In this document: positions 10,689 to 21,116 of the stretch, piece after piece
How positions within the stretch are numbered: position 1 is the stretch's first letter
Layout of the letters: the number at the start of each line of letters is the position of its first letter
NCBI GenBank assembly: GCA_043228905.1
Contig: JBHGNT010000010.1
Coordinates: 18,166,001 to 18,230,000, forward strand
Length of the DNA: 64,000 nt
DNA from: Azolla caroliniana
Lineage: Eukaryota > Plantae > Polypodiophyta
Reading direction: 5' to 3'
Position numbers and translations under genes: made by a program
The notes under the pieces: model-generated
Told to the model about the DNA's origin: nothing
Databases searched by the model: none
Seen by the model: only the letters and a program-made list of their open reading frames with translations

Positions 10689-10928
10689 CGTATCACCTGG
10701 CGGAACTCGACGGTACGAGGATGGCGAAACTGGTAGCAGGGAAGTGGATCAAAGCGTTCAGGAAGCGCCACGACGACAAACCGGATCTAAGAGGCCTGGA
10801 CAACGACAACGAACAGTCCGAAGCGGAGGACGAACTGATGGACGAAGAACCGGAACCCAGACCGGTTTTCTCCAACCAGAACCCAATTCTGGCGCATACC
10901 GGTGTATGCGCGGTTAGGTGGGGGCGGA

Positions 10929-11576
10929 TGTCGTGAAGAAAACCGTCCCTTAGCGCAATCGGTGCATAGAGCGCGTGAACCGGCTCTTCACGCGTGCGCG
11001 CCCTTTATGTATATAGTAGGGAATTAGGTACATAGGTATATCCTGGGTAGTTAGATTTGGTAGGTAGGAAGTAAATGAGGGAGACGGCTCCCTTCTTGAC
11101 GCTATAAAGGAGAGGGAGACGCAGGGAGAAGGGATCGCGCATTGAGGAGGACGAAGTGCTGTCAGACTGTAACCGAACGCTTCTCCTCTGTTTGTTCTCT
11201 GTTGCTCTTCTCTGTAGGTTTTCGGGAGGCTCGCGCTGCTTCGAGGAATGCCCGTGTGCTTCCGGCAGCACCTCCATCCTACCCCCTTTCGTGCGCAGAC
11301 GAACAGGCATCGGCATCTGTTCGCCGGCCTGTTCGGTTGTAACCGCTAGCGTGCTCTGTTGTTTTTGGTGTCATCTGTCAATATACAAACGTTCGTGTTT
11401 CTTTGTCTCTGTTCCCATTCGTGTTTTCTGCGCTGACGGGTCGTGCCCCTGTGTTTTTTGCTCATACGTAACCGGTCATCTCTCTCTTTCTCTTTCCCCT
11501 CCTATCACCTGCTCTTCGGTTCGAGACCCTGGTGGTCCCGGCTCGTTTCTCCACGCACGCGCGTAGCAACGCGACA
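10929..11576 (+). repeat. 3' LTR of element A
   Basis: TGTCGTGAAG...ACGCGACA after PPT; TATA-like TATAAAGG near 11103; flank TCGT. Confidence 0.9.
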
Positions 11577-11662
11577 TCGTAGGATCGGACTTCCTTACGC
11601 CCACTGACCTTGCCGGAAGGTCCGATTTGGTTTGTGGCCGCCTCGCCGGCCTGATACCTCCT

Positions 11663-11749
11663 TGCCATTCGTCGCCTCCTGTCGTGCGATCACGTTCTCC
11701 TGCTGCCATTCGTCGCCTCCTGTCGTGCGATCACGTTCTCCTGCTGCCA
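11663..11749. repeat. 41-bp tandem duplication
   Basis: TGCCATTCGTCGCCTCCTGTCGTGCGATCACGTTCTCCTGC twice. Confidence 0.85.
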
Positions 11750-12412
11750 CCGATCTTTCCTATAGGACTCACGCTGGCTCTCGGGCCGACCGCCGAATCG
11801 GTGTGAGGATCTCCGTAGGCCGCCCATCCGTAGCCCTTTTGCCTTCGTCACCTCGCCGCCACCGTCAGTATCTTGGTCTTACGTCGACCGCGTTGCTGAC
11901 TGCCGAAGTCTCTAGAACCGGTGTGAAGGATCCTCCTTGGGCCTTCGATTTTTCTTCCTGACCCTGTCCCGGGTCGTCCCTCTCCGCATGCCGAGAGGGC
12001 GGTTTACTCCGCACCCTCTCCCGTGGTACCGACGTACCGTCTCCTCGGCCTCTTCGTAGGCCGGCTCTTTTCCTCCCTCTCGGAATGGTCATCCGGGAGT
12101 CCGCTCTGCCCGGTTCTCGTCCGGGCCACTGCCCCTTTTAGTGGTGTCGGTGGATAGCATCCGCTCTGTGATCAATCAAGCCCCGCCTGAGCTTGATTCG
12201 CCAATGTCCGGAGTTTCGGCTCCGATGCCGACCTTGCCAGACTCGTTCCGAACCTTTAATCACCTTCCTTCGAATTCTCGACCTTCGCCCGGTTGGTCTT
12301 TCTCCCCATGTAAAAGAGGGCGGCTCGTCCCGCACCCTCTCCCGTATCGACACCTTTATGCCGATTCTGGCCCCAATCGAACAATCCACGACCGGATTAC
12401 GCTCCATCCGAA

Positions 12413-13795
12413 TCAGAATGCCGATCTTCTCGTACCGCTTCCGTCCTCGGCCTCCTCGCAAGCCGTTCCCCATCCATCTTCGTTGGCATCGTGCCAGGAC
12501 TCCTCGGTGCCGCCATCCATCTCCTCGGTCTTACATGGGCATATGGGCCCGAATGCCGAGATCTCCGGAATCGGGTCCGTGGGCTTTCGTCTGCTCCTTC
12601 CCCGTATCGTCTTGCCGGTGATTCTTGGTCTTTCGCTGCCGCCTTCCTCGGCTTGGGACTCACGTGAGCACTCGGGCCTGGCTGCCATCGTCTCAGGAGC
12701 AAGTGTGGGAAGACACAAAGAATCGCCCGTCCGTTTTACGCCCTTGTCCGTAGCCACCGACTCTTCGTGGTCGGCGGTCGTCTTCTTACCGATCGCGCAA
12801 GCCCTGCCTGGGCTTGCTTCTCCGTTATCCGGGGTTTCGGGCTGACACGCCCGAAACCGCCGGTCCCAACTATCCGGTTCCGCGATCTGTATCTCGGCCT
12901 CGTCCTTGGCCGTTCTATCTCCGCAATTCGAGAGGGCGTTTTGTTCCGCACCCTCTCCCGTGGTACCGTGGTACCGATCTTCCGTCGTCGCGTGGGCCAA
13001 GTCCGTCTCCTCAGTCTCGGCTTGCGGCCTCGATCTTTCCTCTTCCTCGAGCATCGCCTCGAGAGTTGCGTACGCCTCCGCAATCCGGGTCTCAACGCCG
13101 ATCCTTGCCAACTCCCTTTGTCGTTCGGCCTCTTCCCGCTGTGATGGCACGCCGTCGCGCCCCTTCCTCTTAGCCTTCTCGGCTCGCTCATCATCTAGCC
13201 GTTGGCACACCCTTCCGACCTTCGACCAGTCCTCCGTAAGCCCATTCGCTCCGTCATCGTCTTCAAGTTCCATCCCAATGGCCTCCCGTTCCGCTCGATC
13301 GATCAACCTGACGAACAATAGGACCTTGTCCACCCCCACCAAACCTTGTTCCCGCTCCGGGAGCTGAGCAAGCCGTCGCTTGAACTCTCGGAACGCCTTG
13401 GTCGCGCCCCGGTGGGTCTTTGCCGATGCTACCCACTGGTCGAAGTTGTGTCGTCCCCGACTCTTTCGCCGTCCTCCGTATGCCTTCAGGAGCGCCTCTT
13501 CGAAGGCCTCCCACGAATTATGAGCCTCACGGAGCCCCTTTATTTCCGCATGCATCCAGACAGCCACGACCCGATAGAAGAACTCTAGCCTCAACGCCTC
13601 GTCTACGCCATGCTCCTCCATTTCCGCGTTGTAGGCTTCCAAGTAAGATGGGACTTTGTCCCCGTTGAAACGACCGACTCTTTCGACCACTCGCTCAACC
13701 GCTTGTTGCGCTGCTTCTCGCCTCATCACCACTCGTGCCGACTCCAACACCACTTCGGCCACCATCCCCACGAGGTCGTCGTCTTCCGACTCCAT
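12413..13795 (-). CDS. Gag-capsid-like plus acidic low-complexity protein of element C
   Basis: N-terminal ~200 aa aligns by eye with D ORF and with A Gag (W..S...A...REF..R.A.L...VLLFV...GLT.DW..V.RVC); no zinc knuckle. Confidence 0.75.
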   Translation of the reverse strand: MESEDDDLVGMVAEVVLESARVVMRREAAQQAVERVVERVGRFNGDKVPSYLEAYNAEMEEHGVDEALRLEFFYRVVAVWMHAEIKGLREAHNSWEAFEEALLKAYGGRRKSRGRHNFDQWVASAKTHRGATKAFREFKRRLAQLPEREQGLVGVDKVLLFVRLIDRAEREAIGMELEDDDGANGLTEDWSKVGRVCQRLDDERAEKAKRKGRDGVPSQREEAERQRELARIGVETRIAEAYATLEAMLEEEERSRPQAETEETDLAHATTEDRYHGTTGEGAEQNALSNCGDRTAKDEAEIQIAEPDSWDRRFRACQPETPDNGEASPGRACAIGKKTTADHEESVATDKGVKRTGDSLCLPTLAPETMAARPECSRESQAEEGGSERPRITGKTIRGRSRRKPTDPIPEISAFGPICPCKTEEMDGGTEESWHDANEDGWGTACEEAEDGSGTRRSAF

Positions 13796-13810
13796 CCTCC
13801 CTTGCCGCCT

Positions 13811-13828
13811 TTCACGTCGGGTTCACCA
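13811..13828 (-). promoter_or_regulatory. PBS, tRNA-Trp type (element C)
   Basis: Plus strand TTCACGTCGGGTTCACCA matches the 3' 18 nt of plant cytosolic tRNA-Trp (from memory), 4 nt from the LTR. Confidence 0.8.
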
Positions 13829-14842
13829 AATATGTCGCATTGTTACGCGCGTGCGTGGAGAAAGGCGGGACCACGGGGGCCTTGGACTAGGGAATGACGG
13901 AGCGTAGGAAGTCGTACTTCACCGTTTCCGGGGCATCCCAGAAGCACACCGGAAGCAACCGAAGGGAGGGAGAGAGAGAGAGGGAGCGCACGCTTAACAC
14001 CGACTCACGCACACACATGCACACACACACACACACACACACACATGCCGACCCGACTCATGCCCTTATGTATAGGAAACGCAGGAAAGGGGAAGCACCC
14101 GACACCAACAGAGACGCGAATATACACAGACAGACGCAAATGTATATATATAAAAGGAAGAATACATTCCCGGCTTCGAGCTGGACCAAGGTAGGTTACA
14201 ACAGTCGTCTGCTGTCAAGCCGCCGTCGGGGAGCTCTCGGCTCGTCGCGCCGAGCGGGGTCTTGCACAGGAGGCCGAGCCAAAGCAAATCCTAAGCAAAA
14301 CACGAAGGGGAAAGAAGAAGAAGAAGAAGAACTAACCCTAAATCTAACGGTATACCCTCTAACGCAAAAATGGGCAACCCCCTCACAAAGGGCGCTCCCT
14401 TCCTTTTATAGAACAAGGAGAGGGATCCGTTACAATGTGGGATAAATCCCAACTTACATGGGATCGTCTCCCGACTTGACTACTCTTCGGCGCCATAAAG
14501 GCGCCCTCGTTATTCACACTAAATGTACATGGGTGCGTACACACGTTGCACCCTGCCGATGTAGCCAATGCTTCCCGGTTTCCGCCTCTGGCCGAAATTC
14601 TTCACGACAGCGCAATTGCCCAAATTGACGACACTGCATCTACCGATGCCACCGCCCATATCACCGACGAGTACCTCAAGTGGGCACATGATCCGCAACC
14701 GGTCCAGTGGGCTTATGAGCTTGTCTGCCGGGTCCGAGAGTGGCACACACGGCCCAAATTGACAGTCAATTTCATGTGGTTCCTCACCCGCTACTTGTGC
14801 GCAAAGTTCAGCATCAGACCCCCTGCCCCTCACTTCATACGC

Positions 14843-15559
14843 TGTCATGAAGATTTTCTTCCATAGGGTGAAAACTGAGTGGAGTGAGCGAAACCGGGGT
14901 GTGCAACGTTGCACACACACATGATGTATTTGTAAAGTATTAATAAGAACAAATGTAAATTCTAAGAAATGCACCACAAGATTCCTAAAGACTAAATGTG
15001 ATGTGCAGTTATGTGCACATCCACATGAGAAAGAGAGGGGTACATAGGAGTAGGAGGTGAGTAATGGGCATAGTAGTATGTGTGAGGAGTGGGAGTTAAG
15101 GCCCCATCATTCCCTCCTGCTAGAATCTAAGCAAATATTCCCCATTGAATGGAGGGGATATTTAGTCTCTCCCTTTTGTAACGGCTTTCTCTCCTTATGC
15201 TATAAAAGGAGAGGAAGGGGCACCATTGAGGGGGTTGCCTATTTTGAGTGAGAAGAGGTATACCACTTAGGTCGAGAGTTTCTATTCGGTTTAGGGTTTC
15301 TTCATCTCTTTCTTTACTTATCCGATTAGGGTTTACATTCTACTTATGTTTTGGAGTCCGACCCACGTGGCCACGGTTGTAATCGCTTTGTGGCTTTCAT
15401 GCCCATAATATACATAACTTCATAAATCTTGTCTCTTTCTACTTTCTCTACCGTGTTAATCTCTTCCACTTTGCTCATACCCGTCTTCCCATCTACTCCC
15501 TAGTCCAAGACCCCCACAATCCCGCCTTATTCTACACGCACGCGCGGAAAAACGCGACA
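14843..15559 (+). mobile_element. Solo LTR, Trp family type 1
   Basis: TGTCATGAAG...ACGCGACA; homologous to D LTR; flanks ACGC/ACGT. Confidence 0.88.
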
Positions 15560-15772
15560 ACGTTGCCAAGAACACTTCCGCAAGATAACTGTACCAGGCC
15601 AACCCGGGCACCTTCGCCTCCCCGAATGTGACTTCTTAAGACAGGTACACCAAGGCGAACAGGAACGACCACCGACGCACAAACAACCCCCGATCACCCA
15701 CGTGTCAGCCGAAGCTAACCTTGACACCCCTGAGGATATCACAAATCGTGTCAAGGAATTCAAGACACACGT

Positions 15773-18700
15773 TGTCGCGTTGTTACGCGCGTGCGTGGAG
15801 AAGGGCGGAACCACGGGGGTCTCGGACTAAGGAGAAGGGGAGAAGGAATAGGACTTCGGAATGGAGCTTAGCACAAGAAGAGGAAGAATGAACAAGAGGA
15901 AGATGGAGGCCAAATGCTCAACAAGATATATTAGAACCGAAAACCGATTACAAAATGGCGGCCGCGTAGGCCGCACCGAACGACTATGATAAACCCGAAA
16001 CCCTAATCCGACGAAGAAGAAAAGAAACCCTAAACGAAACCCTAACCCTAAAACGAAATGGTATACCTCACTCACACTCAAAATTAAGGCAACCCCCACA
16101 ATGGTGCTCTTCCTCTCCTTTTATAGCACAAGGAGAGAAGACCGTTTTCAAAAAGGGTGCTACAAAATATCCCCTTTCAATCAATGGGGATATTTCCCTT
16201 GATTTTAGGGGAGGAGGGAAGGATGGGTCTTAACTCCCACCTCTACACGAACTACTAAGTACCTATCTCTCTCTCTCACGTGGATGTGCGCGAAAAAGCA
16301 CATCACCTTTACACTTTACAAATCCTAAGGTGCATTTCTAGCACCACACTTATCACTATCGACAAATAGAAATACAACATCTTGATGTGCAACGTTGCAC
16401 ATCGCGGGTTTGCTTACTTCGCTCGGTTTTCCGCCTATGGACGAAAATCTTCACGACATCCGCCCCCACCTAACCGCACATCCACCGGTATGTGCCAAAA
16501 GGGGAACAAAACGCGAGATTTTCGGCCAAGGCGGCCAACCGAGCCCTTGACAACCTCGTGGGCTTGCCTGGCATTGTCTTCCACTTCGAGCAAGTCCACC
16601 CCGTCCACACGAACCACCGTCGCCTTCCGGCCCATCATCTCCGTCGAATGGTCTCGAACCGTCGGCTCCGTCCGATCCGCCACACTTGACGACGTTCGCC
16701 GAGTCGTTGCCTCCACCCGATCCGCCACGTCCACCGTGTTTCCTCGAACCACCGTCTACATCCGGACCGCCGTTTCCGATGCCCGCACTTTCTTCCCCGA
16801 TCGGTCCTCCCGAACGCCGTTGCCGACCCTTTGTCCGCCTCGCATATCCTCCGGATCCGCCTTTTTCGTGCCGCGCACCTCGTCGTGCCGACTCTTCTCG
16901 CTCCGCGCTTGCCTTCCGCAGGCCTCTCTCGGTGCCTTCATCCATTGTGGCCTTCGTCCCCTCGCCGCCACCGTTCGCCACTCTTGGTCTCACGTCGGCA
17001 CTCGCGCCGACCGCCGGAGTCTCTATAGCCGGTGTGGAGGATCCCTCTCGGGCCTTATCTTCGTGGCCGCCGGTCTTAGCCTCTCCGTAGGCCACCTCTT
17101 CCCACCAATCTTCCCTAGCATCGTGCCAGGTCTTGTCGTCGTCGCCTTCCTCCTCGTATTCGCCTCTCGAAGGCGTGATCCGACCGTCATCTTCGGTCGC
17201 TCGATGTGGTTCCTTCGTAGGCATGCTTGTGTCTTGGCCCTCCATCGGCCGTATTGCATGCATCTCGTCTCGCTCTTCCGCCGTAGACCCGACCTCCGTG
17301 TCGGTCTTCTCCTCCTTTGTCGCCGTAGCCCGTCCCGACACGGGCTCGCCGTCTTGGACCCACCCGTCCACCATCTCGTACAGGATATCCGTTCCGGTAA
17401 CCTCGTACGCTCCGGCCTCCGACTCCTCGCCGCCACCCGCCGTCTCTCCGGTCTTATGTTGATCCGCAACCGCCGTAGTCTCTAGAGTGGGTATGGAGGG
17501 TCTCGTTTGTTTCCGTTTTCCCCCCGAACCATGGTCGTCGTGCCCAGTTAGCCTCCATCTCGCGCTTACCGGCTCCCATCGTAACCGTAACCGCAACCGT
17601 AACCGGCCAATCGGTCTAGCCGGCTTCCTTCGGTTTGGGCCCGGTTCGCCGGCCCTTACTCTCTTCCTCTTCTGTGCCGTATTCCGGTCGGGACGGTTCC
17701 CGACTCTTTCCTCGTTTCCGCTCCGGTCCTCTCCGTCGGACCCACCGTATACGCCCATTCCGGGCCCCGCATACTCGTCTTCGTATGCGCTCTCTCCGGG
17801 CCTCACCTCCTCACGGTCACCGCCCATCTCTCCGGTCTCACGTTGGCATTCGAGCACAACCGCCGAAGTCTCCAGCCCCGGTGTCAAGGGGTCTTGCCTC
17901 CGTCCGCTCCAATCTTCCTTCTCGTTTCCGTTGCCCGCCTTGCCGCCGTTACCTCCCGTCGCACTAAGCCTCATGCCGGCACTCGGGCCGGCCATTGGAG
18001 CCTCTAGGATTGGTGTGGGTAAGGACCCGGCACCGCCGCTCGTTGTCTCCGTAGCCGCTTTCGTTCGGACGTCGTTGTCCGCGGCTCCCCCATCTCCGAT
18101 TCCGTAAGCCTCTAGTATGCTTGCCACCACCTCTTCTTCGCCGTTCTCCGCATCATTTTGTTTGCCCGCCTTGCCGCCGCGCCGCCGCCACCGCCCGTCG
18201 TTCTAGGTCTCGTGCCGGCACTCGGGCCGACCGCCGAAGCCTCTAGGGCCGGTGTGTGGAAGGTCGCGGCACCACCGCTCGCCTCCTCTCCGCTCGATGT
18301 TTTGGGCCGCCGTGCCCCGAATCTTCCGCCCACTTTCGAAGTGGCGCTCTCCGCTTTGTAGTCACCGGCCTCATCCTTGGCCGTCCATTCGCCGCAAGAC
18401 GAGAGGGTTGCTCGCTCCGCACCCTCTCCCATGTCGTCGTCGTTTCGGTTGCCCGCCTTGCCGCCGCCACCGTCCGTCACTCTAGGCCTCTCGCCGGCTC
18501 TCGGGCCGGGTGCCGGAGTCTCTAGGACCGGTGTGTGGAAGGTCGCGACACCACCACTCCTCTCGTCCGTAGCCACCTCCATTCGGACATCGTCGTCCGT
18601 GGCTACCCCGTCTTCGGTTTCGCAAGCATCGAGTATGCTTGCCGCCGCCTCTTCTTCGCCGGTCTCGTCCTCATCTCGGTTGTCCGCCTTGCCGCCGCCA

Positions 18701-21116
18701 CCGTCCGTAGCTCTAGGTCTCGTGCCGGCACTCGGGCCGACCGCCGAAGCCTCTAGGGCCGGTGTGTGGAAGGTCGCGACACCATCGCTCGTTTCGTCTT
18801 CCTCCTCCATTTCGCAAGCCTCGAGTATGCTCGCGAAATCCTCGTAGAACGTTTCGTGCAACCGCGTCCCGAAACTTCCGCCCACTCTCGAAGTGGCGTC
18901 CATCGCTCCGTAGATATCGGCCTCGTCCATGGCCGTTCTTTTTCCCCGAGATGAGAGGGTCGCTTGCTCCGCACCTTCTCTCGTGTCGTCGTCGTGGTTG
19001 CCCGCCTTGCCACCGCCACCGCCTTTCACCATAGGTCTTACGCGGGCACTCGGGCCGGCCGCCGTGATCTCTAGGAATGACGCGTGTAAGGTCGCGGGAC
19101 CGCCGCTCGTCGATGTAATGTCCGTAGCCACCTCCGCTCGGACGTCGTTGTCCGTGGCTACCCCGCCTCCGTATATGCAAGCATCGGTTATGCTTGCCGC
19201 CGCCTCTTCCGCGGTCTCCTTACCGTTGTCTCGGTTGCCCGCCTTGCCGCCACCACCGTTCTTCTCCCTCGGTCTCACGCGGGCGCTCGGGCCGGCCGTC
19301 GTGGTCTCTTGAACCGGTGCGTGGAAGGTTGCGGCACCGCCGCTTGTCTCCTCCGTACTCGATGATTCGGGCCACCGTGTCCCGAATCCGCCATGTCCGC
19401 TCGAATAGGCGATCGCCGCCTCACCGTCCCCGACCTCGTCCCCGGTCGTTCCTTTCCCCCATGTCGAGAGGGCGGCTCGCTCCGCACCCTCTCCCGTGGT
19501 ACCGATGTACCATTCTCTTCCGGCCTCCGCATAGGCCCCGTCCTCCATGTGTGAGGAAGCTCCTTCCTCCGCGTCCTCCGATCCGCTCGGGCCCGACCCC
19601 GCAATAAGCCATTCTTCGGCCTCGATTTTCGCCATTACGAGCCCGCACGCCTCCCGTATTAGCGCTTGTAGGTCGAGCCCCTCCAAACCGGTTCGCGATG
19701 AGCCCTCGTCCGGCGGCATGGCGTAGTCGGTCGTCGCTCTCTCTTCTCCCCCGCTCGCGGGCCGTGTTGTGGCCGACCGCCTCGCCTCATGTTGCCGACA
19801 CACCCATTCCACTTCGGGCCACTCCTCGGTGAGACCATGCGCCCCATAATCGTCTTGAAGCTCGAACATGATGTCCAACCTCTCCTCATGATGGACCGTC
19901 TCCAAAAATAGGAGGACTTTGTCCGCCCCCACCGATCTTCGTTCCCACTCCGAGAGTTGAGAGAAACGACGCTCGAACTCTCGGAGTGCCTCTATTGCGC
20001 TCCGATGGCGCCTCGCCGACGCCATCCACCGATCGAACTCTCGCCGACCTCTTACCTCCGATTCCGCGCACCCGTATGCCTCCATTAGAGCCCCTTCAAA
20101 GGACTCCCACGATTCGTGAGCTTCTTGGAGCTCCTTGACCTCCTCGTAGTTTGATGCGGCCGCCGCTCGACGAAAGAACTCTAGCCTCGTCGCTTCGTCC
20201 ACGCCCATCCCCGTCATTTCCGCATCGTAGGCTCTCAAAAATTTTGGGACCTCCTTCCCATCGAACCGGCCGACTAGACGGACCACCCTTTCGACCGCTT
20301 GTTGAGCCGCCTCTCGCCTCGCCCTCTTCCGTCCGGCGTCCATCAAGATCTTTGTCATCATCTCCTCGAAGTCGAAGCCTTCTTCCATCTCTTTCTCCCT
20401 TGCCGCCCTTCACGTTGGGTTCACCAAAGATGTCGCGTTGTTACGCGCGTGCGTGGAGAAGGGCGGAACCACGGGGGTCTCGGACTAAGGAGAAGGGGAG
20501 AAGGAATAGGACTTCGGAATGGAGCTTAGCACAAGAAGAGGAAGAATGAACAAGAGGAAGATGGAGGCCAAATGCTCAACAAGATATATTAGAACCGAAA
20601 ACCGATTACAAAATGGCGGCCGCGTAGGCCGCACCGAACGACTATGATAAACCCGAAACCCTAATCCGACGAAGAAGAAAAGAAACCCTAAACGAAACCC
20701 TAACCCTAAAACGAAATGGTATACCTCACTCACACTCAAAATTAAGGCAACCCCCACAATGGTGCTCTTCCTCTCCTTTTATAGCACAAGGAGAGAAGAC
20801 CGTTTTCAAAAAGGGTGCTACAAAATATCCCCTTTCAATCAATGGGGATATTTCCCTTGATTTTAGGGGAGGAGGGAAGGATGGGTCTTAACTCCCACCT
20901 CTACACGAACTACTAAGTACCTATCTCTCTCTCTCACGTGGATGTGCGCGAAAAAGCACATCACCTTTACACTTTACAAATCCTAAGGTGCATTTCTAGC
21001 ACCACACTTATCACTATCGACAAATAGAAATACAACATCTTGATGTGCAACGTTGCACATCGCGGGTTTGCTTACTTCGCTCGGTTTTCCGCCTATGGAC
21101 GAAAATCTTCACGACA
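15773..21116 (-). mobile_element. Element D: complete non-autonomous LTR retroelement (TR-GAG-like) with single gag-repeat ORF
   Basis: 686-bp LTRs 15773-16458 and 20431-21116 with no difference seen; TSD ACGT; Trp PBS 20409-20426; PPT 16459-16475; no PR/RT/RH/INT motifs. Confidence 0.95.
16451..20388 (-). CDS. Gag-capsid plus acidic repeat protein of D (about 1309 aa if an 8-nt duplication near 18173-18188 is removed; now two ORFs, 18112-20388 and 16451-18130)
   Basis: Gag-like N-terminus; repeated motif ATFHTP.LE...GPSA..RPR..DGGGGKAGN; removing the extra GCCGCCGC restores frame and repeat consensus. Confidence 0.8.

Larger units (their letters stand above)
1..11576 (+). mobile_element. 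Element A: Ty3/gypsy non-chromovirus LTR retrotransposon (Trp-primed family, Phygy-like by inference), 5' end outside window, interrupted by element B
   Basis: gag-PR ORF, RT-RH-INT ORF in gypsy order; integrase tail resumes at 10694 after B; PPT GGTTAGGTGGGGGCGGA, then LTR TGTCG...CGACA 10929-11576; LTR ends shared with C/D, which carry a Trp PBS. Confidence 0.92.
11577..14609 (-). mobile_element. Element C: non-autonomous gag-repeat LTR element of the Trp family (5' half; interrupted by A)
   Basis: 5' LTR 13833-14609; PBS 13811-13828 complementary to the plant tRNA-Trp 3' end; gag-like ORF followed by repeats homologous to D; no pol. Confidence 0.85.

Noticed and set aside
13811-13828. tRNA-Trp gene
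   Set aside because: Only the 3' 18 nt including CCA are present, adjacent to an LTR: it is a PBS.
18112-18190. Programmed frameshift between the two D ORFs
   Set aside because: Fully explained by an 8-nt duplication within a GCC run; no slippery heptamer.
16382-19607. Long plus-strand ORFs antisense to D (and similar ones over A and C)
   Set aside because: Shadow frames of GC-rich repetitive coding DNA with no independent motifs.
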